Source: a virus (Duplodnaviria > Caudoviricetes). From it: a DNA stretch of 39,818 nt. Made by a program: the position numbers and the translations under genes. The stretch's first letter is position 1. Each line of letters begins with the position of its first letter. This document shows positions 1-5,373 of this stretch, in pieces. A model generated the notes under the pieces. The model ran no database searches. It worked only from the letters and a program-made list of their open reading frames with translations, and was not told the DNA's origin. Where the stretch lies: positions 1-39,818 of the IMG/VR virus record IMGVR_UViG_3300030606_000021; one strand, given 5' to 3'.

Positions 1-92
1 GCCCTCACACGTCACGACGCATTGCGAACTACCGCACACGTCGCACGTCACGACCTCGCGGCTCTCGGTCACTGTTTCGGTTCGTCGCGCCA

Positions 93-194
93 TCAATCGT
101 CTCTCCCGAACCAGAAAACCATCAGCCAGAAAATGAGAACCGTCGCGCAAAGGACTGCCGCCGCCCCAACGTCAGCCCATGAAGTTTCCTGCAT
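93..194 (-). CDS. small membrane protein (33 aa)
   Basis: C-terminal part of ORF 93..389. ATG at 194 just after the stop of the upstream gene. One hydrophobic helix (VGAAAVLCATVLIFWLMVFWF). Confidence 0.45.
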   Translation of the reverse strand: MQETSWADVGAAAVLCATVLIFWLMVFWFGRDD

Positions 195-199
195 CGCGA

Positions 200-415
200 T
201 CACGCTGGATTCTCCGCGTCCTCTTCGCACCGCTTCTTGGCGAGCGACAACTTCGGCTCGATCGCAAAAGTCACGAAGGCGGTGCCCCACATAAACCGCT
301 GGCAGTCGAAATCGTGGCTGTGCTTGTCGCGCACGATGCGATGGGTTTTGCCCAGTCGCCACGAGCGGCAGACGTGGGGGCCGGACCATTTGGTTTTGCT
401 GGTGGTGGTGGTCAC
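200..415 (-). CDS. hypothetical phage protein (71 aa)
   Basis: GTGA start/stop overlap with the clamp-like gene, suggesting translational coupling. Confidence 0.6.
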   Translation of the reverse strand: MTTTTSKTKWSGPHVCRSWRLGKTHRIVRDKHSHDFDCQRFMWGTAFVTFAIEPKLSLAKKRCEEDAENPA

Positions 416-1086
416 TTCTTCCCCTTAGCTTTCGGTCGTCGTTTCGCAGCCCGCTTCACCTTCACCGGCACGTCACGGTGTACCCACGGCGGCAGCGTTG
501 GCGCGGGGCGTTCCGAAGTGATCGGCATGATGACGCCGCAAAACTCGGGGCAGCCGATATCGACCAGCGCGGGTTTGTCAGGGCCGTTGCTACGCACGAT
601 CGCGTAACAGTCGTCGCCCCCGTGAATTAGCCGAAGCGCCTGGGAAAAGTCGGCAAGCAGTCGCGGGTCAAGTTGCGTCGGCTCGCCAGAGAACTCGCGG
701 GGGATCACGTCGCGCCACTTGGGGAATTTCCCTACTACGATGTCAGCCGTGAGCGATATCCGCTCCCATCCTTTCAAGATTATTGCGACTCGCCGCACGT
801 CCCCGTCGGCAATCCCGCTCATTTCGATCGTCACGTCGCCCGTGTCGTGCGTTAGCCGATTGATAAGCGATATGGGGATCACGGCCGCATCCGTCGTCGG
901 CAGCCCCTCCTGTGCGCGGAACATGGCTGCGATTCGCCTACCGTCGGTCGCAACAAAGTACGCGCCGTGCTCGTCCGTTTCCACGCACACGCCGCCGAGG
1001 GCGTAGCGCGACGAGTGTTGGTAGGCGAACAGGGCGAGCGCCTTGAGCCAGGCAAGGGGAATCGTTACTGAATATGTGTCGGTCAT
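412..1086 (-). CDS. DNA polymerase III beta (sliding clamp)-like protein, two domains only
   Basis: Motifs SRYALGGV (cf. RYYLNG), FVATDGRR (cf. VATDGHR), GKFPKWRDVIP (cf. GxFPDYxxVIP) and C-terminal GVIMP. GGAGAG ribosome-binding site before the ATG at 1086. Confidence 0.8.
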   Translation of the reverse strand: MTDTYSVTIPLAWLKALALFAYQHSSRYALGGVCVETDEHGAYFVATDGRRIAAMFRAQEGLPTTDAAVIPISLINRLTHDTGDVTIEMSGIADGDVRRVAIILKGWERISLTADIVVGKFPKWRDVIPREFSGEPTQLDPRLLADFSQALRLIHGGDDCYAIVRSNGPDKPALVDIGCPEFCGVIMPITSERPAPTLPPWVHRDVPVKVKRAAKRRPKAKGKK

Positions 1087-1098
1087 CGTTCTCTCCAA

Positions 1099-1126
1099 AA
1101 GTTCGCCGCTTCACCGACGGCGACTT
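1099..1126 (-). other. stem-loop at the 3' end of repeat tract 1
   Basis: AAGTCGCCG-TCGGTGAAG-CGGCGAACTT on the minus strand, just after GGCAAGGATTTTC. Confidence 0.55.
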
Positions 1127-1132
1127 GAAAAT

Positions 1133-1227
1133 CCTTGCCGTGCCTATCCCGGCCGAGCCGCGCCCATCCGGGCCTTGCCCCGCCGCTCCCCGCCCTGCCC
1201 CGCCGTGCCTGGCCGCGCAGCGCCGCT
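1133..1227 (-). repeat. phased pentamer tract 1, (GGC-NN)x19; candidate guide RNA
   Basis: Plus strand: ccttg ccgtg cctat cccgg ccgag ccgcg cccat ccggg ccttg ccccg ccgct ccccg ccctg ccccg ccgtg cctgg ccgcg cagcg ccgct. Begins at the stop codon of the RAMP-like gene. Confidence 0.9.
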
Positions 1228-1867
1228 ATTCCCAGTGAATGACTTCCGCTTTGCCGTACTGGCCGCGGAACGTGCCGAGCCCGAGGCAGATCAGCCCCTC
1301 GGTTACGACGTTGATAATCTGCTGCTCTTGAATCTGGCGGTTGGGCAGCAACCGAAACTCGAATTCCAACTCCCACGGCAAAGGCAGAGTCGGCCGCACC
1401 TTGGGATTGGGGATGCCCTTTTCCAGCCGAGCCACGCGGCGGTCGATGTAGACGCCGCTTTCTGCGTCCTCGTCCCCGACGAACTTCCCGAACACGATCG
1501 GCTCGCCGTCGCGCAGGAACGGAATCATGCGGGGGCCGATGGTCACGAATGAGCCGCACGCCAGGGCGAACGCCTTGTACTTGCGGGAGTCGAGCAACCG
1601 TTTAGGTGCAGAATCGGTGTTTTGCGCCGAGAGGAACGACATGATGTTCGCCGAAGGGAGGCAAATCGTTCTGCCGTTCTCGCCCGCAAGATAGAGCTTC
1701 TGCCAGGGTTCGAGCTTCGTGTCGTTGTCGCCGGGGTAGCGGTCGAACATGATGTCCGTCAGCCCCCGAATCCGCACCGTCCGAACAATCACTTCCCGCG
1801 TCCCCGCTTCGCTGCGAGTCTTCGCTTCGCCCTTTCCGTTTCCGGCGGGCTTTGCTGTCTTTAGCAT
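1226..1867 (-). CDS. stand-alone RAMP / Cas7-like RNA-binding protein (Vipr-like)
   Basis: RAMP-type motif order: N-terminal strand VRIRGLTDIMF, LPSANIMSFL (cf. IPGSSxKGxL), VRPTLPLPWELEFEF, and C-terminal glycine-rich loop GLGTFRGQYGK. GAAAGG ribosome-binding site. Confidence 0.75.
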   Translation of the reverse strand: MLKTAKPAGNGKGEAKTRSEAGTREVIVRTVRIRGLTDIMFDRYPGDNDTKLEPWQKLYLAGENGRTICLPSANIMSFLSAQNTDSAPKRLLDSRKYKAFALACGSFVTIGPRMIPFLRDGEPIVFGKFVGDEDAESGVYIDRRVARLEKGIPNPKVRPTLPLPWELEFEFRLLPNRQIQEQQIINVVTEGLICLGLGTFRGQYGKAEVIHWE

Positions 1868-1909
1868 CAGTGGAACCTTTCATTGAGAAGTCCTCGGAAG
1901 TTAGAAAAT

Positions 1910-2099
1910 CCTTGCCTTGCAACGTCTTGCCGCACCGAGACTCGCCACACCGCGCCGCGACTCGCGCAGCCATGCCGTGACTTGCCTTGCCCCGCGACGC
2001 CTTGCCTCGACTTGCCGCGCACTGCCCCGACGGGCCAAGCCCTGACACGCCATTCCGCGCCGGGCCATGCCAAGCCGTAACTCGCGCGGACCCGCCCAG
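1910..2099 (-). repeat. phased pentamer tract 2, (GGC-NN)x38; candidate guide RNA
   Basis: 38 consecutive in-phase ccNNg-type pentamers on the plus strand with no indel. Its 3' end on the minus strand, GGCAAGGATTTTC, is identical to that of tract 1. Confidence 0.9.
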
Positions 2100-2130
2100 T
2101 TCGCTGATTCGTTGGCGGAAAGAGAAATAG

Positions 2131-2255
2131 CCTTGCCTGGCCACGCGCCGTCGGGCCATTCCGAGCCGCGCTCTGGCACGCAGCGCCGCGCCTTGCCCTG
2201 CCAAGACTGGCCGCGCCTAGCCCATCCGTGCCCAGCCATGTCTCGCCTCGCCGGG
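2131..2255 (-). repeat. phased pentamer tract 3, (GGC-NN)x25; candidate guide RNA
   Basis: 25 in-phase pentamers from ccttg cctgg ccacg to cctcg ccggg. Ends GGCAAGG plus a pyrimidine run on the minus strand. Confidence 0.9.
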
Positions 2256-2307
2256 CAGTGGCTGGATTCGCACGCTGGTGTGATTCGATAGGCAGGAAGA
2301 AAAGAAG

Positions 2308-2462
2308 CCTTGCCTTGCCCGGCCGTGCGCGGCCCTGCCCCGCCTTGACAAGCCTTGCCGGGCCGGGCCCGTCCACGCCTTGCCACGACTTGCCAGGCCG
2401 GGCCATGCCTCGCAGCGCCTCGCCGGGCAGAGACTTGCCCAGCCACGCCATGCCATACCGGG
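2308..2462 (-). repeat. phased pentamer tract 4, (GGC-NN)x31; candidate guide RNA
   Basis: 31 in-phase pentamers from ccttg ccttg cccgg to ccata ccggg. Ends GGCAAGG plus a pyrimidine run on the minus strand. Confidence 0.9.
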
Positions 2463-2476
2463 AATAAATCGTCGGC

Positions 2477-2515
2477 AAAAGAAAACACGTCGCGTCGCCC
2501 TTCCGTAGGCGACGC
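2477..2515 (-). terminator. leader hairpin plus U-rich tract (attenuator or processing structure)
   Basis: GCGTCGCC-TACGGAAG-GGCGACGC followed by GACGTG TTTTCTTTT on the minus strand. Confidence 0.45.
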
Positions 2516-2578
2516 CGCGTTTGCCGCAGAGGCCGCCGGTTTCGCTGGGTTTTTACCGCACCCCAGGCTTACCGGCAG

Positions 2579-2607
2579 AATGTAACGGAACCGTTACAGT
2601 GAGTCAA
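2579..2607 (-). promoter_or_regulatory. sigma70-type promoter with overlapping palindromic operator
   Basis: TTGACT-N17-TACATT on the minus strand. Perfect inverted repeat TGTAACGG-AA-CCGTTACA at 2581-2598. Confidence 0.7.
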
Positions 2608-2861
2608 GCCGTCTGGCGAGATTTTTTTGGCAGGTCTTCGTCGGTCAGTTCGTCGAGACCGATCCCGAAGGCTTTTGCCACGTTCCGGCAGGCAGTCACG
2701 TACTGCTTGCACTTGCCGGAAGCCATGCGGCTGATTGTCATTGGGGTTTCGCCGGCTTCCTCAGCCAGCCTACGAATCGACCACCCCTTCTGTTCCAACA
2801 GGAACTTGATGTTGGTGGCCACGATGGCCGTGTCGACGTCTTGGTGTGCCACTTCTTGCAT
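2604..2861 (-). CDS. XRE-family helix-turn-helix regulator (repressor)
   Basis: NIKFLLEQKGWSIRRLAEEAGETPMTISRMASG...VAKAFGIGLDEL is a typical HTH_XRE pattern. Confidence 0.85.
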   Translation of the reverse strand: MQEVAHQDVDTAIVATNIKFLLEQKGWSIRRLAEEAGETPMTISRMASGKCKQYVTACRNVAKAFGIGLDELTDEDLPKKSRQTA

Positions 2862-2867
2862 CCCCCC

Positions 2868-2895
2868 AGTGTAACGGGTACGATTGAACCTTCAA
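2868..2895 (-). promoter_or_regulatory. promoter of the XRE gene with an operator half-site
   Basis: TTGAAG-N16-TACACT, 6 nt before the ATG (possibly leaderless). TGTAACGG half-site at 2870-2877 overlaps the -10 element. Confidence 0.5.
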
Positions 2896-2953
2896 GCCCC
2901 AATTCCGCCGGCCCGGCCGGGCAAAGCGGCGTTGGGCACGATTCCCCGAGCGG

Positions 2954-2991
2954 CCGCCGGGTCGGGCCACGAGCCGGGCCCGGCGGTTTTT
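2954..2991 (+). terminator. intrinsic terminator-like hairpin
   Basis: CCGCCGGG...CCCGGCGG followed by TTTTT. Confidence 0.5.
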
Positions 2992-3000
2992 CCCTCAAAA

Positions 3001-3042
3001 TCGGGGCGACTGGATTCGAACCAGCGACCTATGCGTCCCGAA
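3001..3042 (-). other. attP-like core: 3' half of tRNA-Pro(CGG)
   Basis: Minus strand TTCGGGA CGCAT AGGTC GCTGG TTCGAAT CCAGT CGCCCCG A runs from the anticodon loop to the discriminator base. The 5' half is absent. About 150 bp from the integrase. Confidence 0.8.
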
Positions 3043-3187
3043 GGCTGTAGCCGGGGGACCGGCAGAATCGGCGTATTCGAACTGGGGTGGGGTAGGGTTT
3101 TCCTGGAATAAGGACCGCGGATCGCGTGGTGGCACGGATGATGAGCTAACCTTGCGGCGGTGGGGGGCACCGCCGGGGGACATATCC

Positions 3188-4033
3188 GTGTTGCTGGGCC
3201 CGCCATCGCTCCGCGCCGACCTCGACCGATACGCTCTGTATCGCGGTCTACGGGCGTCGACGCGTCAGCACATGGCGTACTGCCTGTTGTCGTTTGAACG
3301 GTTCCTGGGGCGCGTGCCGCTCCGCTGCGACCTCAACGCCGATGCGGTAAGCCGGTGGCTCGAATCCATCGAAGGGCAGGTAGCCCACGCCACGGTCTAC
3401 GGCTACCGAATCAATCTGTTGACCCTATGGCGCGACTTGGCGGAGCAAGGGCTTGTCGAGCCGCCGCGGCGAGTGCGGCGAATACGGAAGCCGCGCCCCC
3501 ACCCGATCGCCTGGACCAACGACGAGGTTCGAAGGCTGATTGAGAGGGCACGGGAGCTGCGTGGGGCGTTCGCCAGCGGAGCTTCGAAGGCAACCTACGT
3601 CGAGGCGCTCATTCGAACGGCGTATGAAAGCGGACTTCGAAGGTCCGACATTTGGGCGTTAGAACGCCGACAGATTCGACCAGACGGCACGCTACTGGTC
3701 GTGCAGCAGAAGACAGGGCAGCCACACTTCCCACGGATCCGCCCGCGCACCCTGGGGCTCATTGACCAGCTACCGGGTGATCGACCGCTCGCACGTCCGC
3801 ACTCGCTGGCTAGCGGCTGGGGGCGATTCTGGCGGACGTGCGTAGTCGGTCCCGCCGGCGTGAGAAGGGGCGCCCTACAGCAGCTTCGCCGTACCGCTGC
3901 GACTCACCTTGCAATCGAGCATCCCGAAGCGGTGCAACGATTCCTCGGGCACCGTTCGCCAGAAATGGCGGCGCACTACATTGATTGGAGCATCGCCGCT
4001 CCCCAGCCGCACTTGCCTCCGGAGATAGGGTGA
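3188..4033 (+). CDS. int: tyrosine recombinase / phage integrase
   Basis: YESGLRRSDI (R), QQKTG (K), QQLRRTAAT (HxxR box with Q), FLGHRSPEMAAHY (H, Y). GGGGGA ribosome-binding site before the GTG at 3188 (ORF track start is 3152). Confidence 0.9.
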   Translation: MLLGPPSLRADLDRYALYRGLRASTRQHMAYCLLSFERFLGRVPLRCDLNADAVSRWLESIEGQVAHATVYGYRINLLTLWRDLAEQGLVEPPRRVRRIRKPRPHPIAWTNDEVRRLIERARELRGAFASGASKATYVEALIRTAYESGLRRSDIWALERRQIRPDGTLLVVQQKTGQPHFPRIRPRTLGLIDQLPGDRPLARPHSLASGWGRFWRTCVVGPAGVRRGALQQLRRTAATHLAIEHPEAVQRFLGHRSPEMAAHYIDWSIAAPQPHLPPEIG

Positions 4034-4040
4034 GCGCACG

Positions 4041-4070
4041 AAAAAACCCCGGCCGTCGAAACGACCGGGG
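4041..4070 (-). terminator. intrinsic terminator
   Basis: CCCCGGTCGT-TTCG-ACGGCCGGGG-TTTTTT on the minus strand. Confidence 0.8.
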
Positions 4071-4211
4071 CTCTCGGGTGCGACCCGACAGTCTAACAGA
4101 GTGTGCGGTGCTTGCTACTTCGCTGTTGGAATAGGTTTCTGGTATTGGCAACTAGAATAATTTCCTCGTGCTAGTGCCATTCCGGCAGGGCGTGTTGCGG
4201 GAGGTAAATGA

Positions 4212-4239
4212 AGAAACCCGCTGGGGTTAGCGGGTTTCT
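4212..4239. terminator. bidirectional terminator-like inverted repeat
   Basis: AGAAACCCGCT-GGGGTT-AGCGGGTTTCT, a perfect 11-bp stem. Confidence 0.65.
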
Positions 4240-4306
4240 CCACCGAAATCTACCGAACCATCGAGGTCCCGTTCTGACGATTCGCCGTGCAGGCGAAGCT
4301 AGGGCT

Positions 4307-4335
4307 ATCGTAGCACATTGCCGGTCCAACGGCAA
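4307..4335 (-). promoter_or_regulatory. sigma70-type promoter
   Basis: TTGCCG-N17-TACGAT with an extended TGn motif. Confidence 0.45.
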
Positions 4336-4336
4336 G

Positions 4337-4409
4337 TCGGGACGGCCCGAATCGAACGGGCGATCTCCTGCTCCCAAAGCAGGCGCGATGCCGGCTTCGC
4401 TACGTCCCG
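4337..4409 (-). tRNA. tRNA-Pro(TGG)
   Basis: Complete cloverleaf: acceptor CGGGACG/CGTCCCG, anticodon arm CCTGC-TTTGGGA-GCAGG, T arm GCCCG-TTCGATT-CGGGC. CCA is not encoded. Confidence 0.9.
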
Positions 4410-4434
4410 CAGGCAGCCGTACTCTCGCACGGCC

Positions 4435-4506
4435 GCGTGGGGGTGGGAGTCGAACCCACACTTCCTGTCACGGGGGACAGGCGACTTTCCATTTGTCTAC
4501 CCCAAG
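4435..4506 (-). tRNA. aberrant tRNA with an 8-nt anticodon loop (CCCCCGTG); identity undetermined
   Basis: Acceptor CTTGGGG/CCCCACG (one mismatch), D arm GAC-AAATGGAAA-GTC, anticodon arm CCTGT-CCCCCGTG-ACAGG, T arm GTGGG-TTCGACT-CCCAC. Confidence 0.65.
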
Positions 4507-4619
4507 TGCTGGCGGGCCGGAATTGCACCGGCTATCGAGTGCCTCGACCGAGTGGCAGGGCAAACCAAGAGGATTGTCAAGTGCCATCACGGGGGTCGCT
4601 GTCCCCACCGCCGCCAGCA
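4507..4619 (-). ncRNA. tRNA-like structured RNA with an expanded anticodon loop
   Basis: 9-bp closing stem TGCTGGCGG/CCGCCAGCA, arm GGGG-ACAGCGA-CCCC, stem TGGCA/TGCCA around a 24-nt loop, arm TCGAG-GCA-CTCGA, T-like arm GCCGG-TGCAATT-CCGGC. Confidence 0.6.
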
Positions 4620-4732
4620 ATTTGCGGCCAGCGATGCGCTTCCCACCGCTGCACGTTGCTGCCTAACTACGCTAATCCTAGGTTCACGTAGCCGCTTGCC
4701 CGCGTGGTCCATGACAGCCAGAGGCTTAAAAG

Positions 4733-4804
4733 TCGCGGGGGCGGGAGTCGAACCCGCCGAATCGAGCTTATGGGGCTCGCGAACGCCCGGCGTTCCTCCC
4801 CGCT
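4733..4804 (-). tRNA. tRNA with CAT anticodon (Met/fMet-like, or Ile2)
   Basis: Acceptor AGCGGGG/CCCCGCG plus discriminator A, D arm GAAC/GTTC, anticodon arm CGAGC-CCCATAA-GCTCG, T arm GCGGG-TTCGACT-CCCGC. Confidence 0.8.
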
Positions 4805-4853
4805 GTAGGCCGCCGCGCCGAAGCACGACGGCAGCGGTTTGCATCACGGCTTC

Positions 4854-4881
4854 ATCGTACCCGGTGGGCGTCGGGTGTCAA
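4854..4881 (-). promoter_or_regulatory. sigma70-type promoter of the tRNA cluster
   Basis: TTGACA-N16-TACGAT, about 50 nt upstream of the first tRNA. Confidence 0.65.
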
Positions 4882-4907
4882 GCGCCTGCTGGTGTGTCTG
4901 GCGGCAC

Positions 4908-5150
4908 TCATTTGTCGCCCAGGTCGCGCTCCAGGTCGAAGTCGAGTGCCGGGTAGTGCAGGGCGGCCGCCAATTGCAAGAGGGCCACGGCCTTCTCTTC
5001 ACCGAGCGAGGCACCAATACGCAGGAGTTCGGCCCCCATTGGCATTTTCAGCTCGAACGCATCCAGCACGCGCTGGGCGGCGATGCACAGGTGTTCTTCG
5101 GGCGTGGTCTCGCCGATGCGGTATGGGGTTTGGTCAGCCTTCATCGTCAT
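4908..5150 (-). CDS. hypothetical protein
   Basis: ORF 4908..5198. GGGGGAGG ribosome-binding site before the ATG at 5150. Confidence 0.6.
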   Translation of the reverse strand: MTMKADQTPYRIGETTPEEHLCIAAQRVLDAFELKMPMGAELLRIGASLGEEKAVALLQLAAALHYPALDFDLERDLGDK

Positions 5151-5322
5151 CCTCCCCCCACGCCGCTTGTCGCGCCACGTCGGCGTTCGCAAGCGCATGC
5201 CGTGTCAGCTCCGCTTCGTCAAGCGCCTCGCGTGGCGTCGGGTACGGCCCACACTCCGCGCCGCCGGGAAATCCCGTGACGTACCAGCCGTCGTCGCGGC
5301 TCACCAAGCGCAATGTGTTCAT
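5134..5322 (-). CDS. hypothetical phage protein (GWY...GPY motif)
   Basis: GGAGG ribosome-binding site before the ATG at 5322. Sequence DDGWYVTGFPGGAECGPYPT. Confidence 0.65.
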   Translation of the reverse strand: MNTLRLVSRDDGWYVTGFPGGAECGPYPTPREALDEAELTRHALANADVARQAAWGEDDDEG

Positions 5323-5373
5323 CGTTCCTCCAAAGCACCCCGGCGCCGCCGCGGGCACGGGGACGGGGAAAGG

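Noticed and set aside
1-60. Short repeats (CACGTCACGAC twice) at the window edge; possible fifth pentamer tract
   Set aside because: The 5-nt phase is not maintained, the GGC anchor is absent, and the region is truncated by the window boundary.
1910-2099. Tract 2 dinucleotides read as codon starts give V-G-(K/N)-(K/N)-T...A-A-V-(D/E), loosely like a terminase Walker A region
   Set aside because: It does not match this phage's terL in register and is highly degenerate. It needs a database search before being taken seriously.
1133-2462. Canonical CRISPR array or simple microsatellite
   Set aside because: There are no 23-50-nt direct repeats with unique spacers. Variation is concentrated at two fixed positions per unit with no indels, unlike slippage satellites.
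1602-2488. Long Arg/Gly/Ala-rich ORFs over the pentamer tracts (1602..2204, 1867..2478, 1901..2488 and plus-strand counterparts)
   Set aside because: They are open in several frames on both strands because the GC-rich pentamer rarely makes stops. A 5-nt period does not fit codon-level selection, and there are no clear ribosome-binding sites.
3001-3075. Complete tRNA-Pro(CGG) gene
   Set aside because: The 5' acceptor strand, D arm and 5' anticodon stem are missing. Reported as an att core instead.
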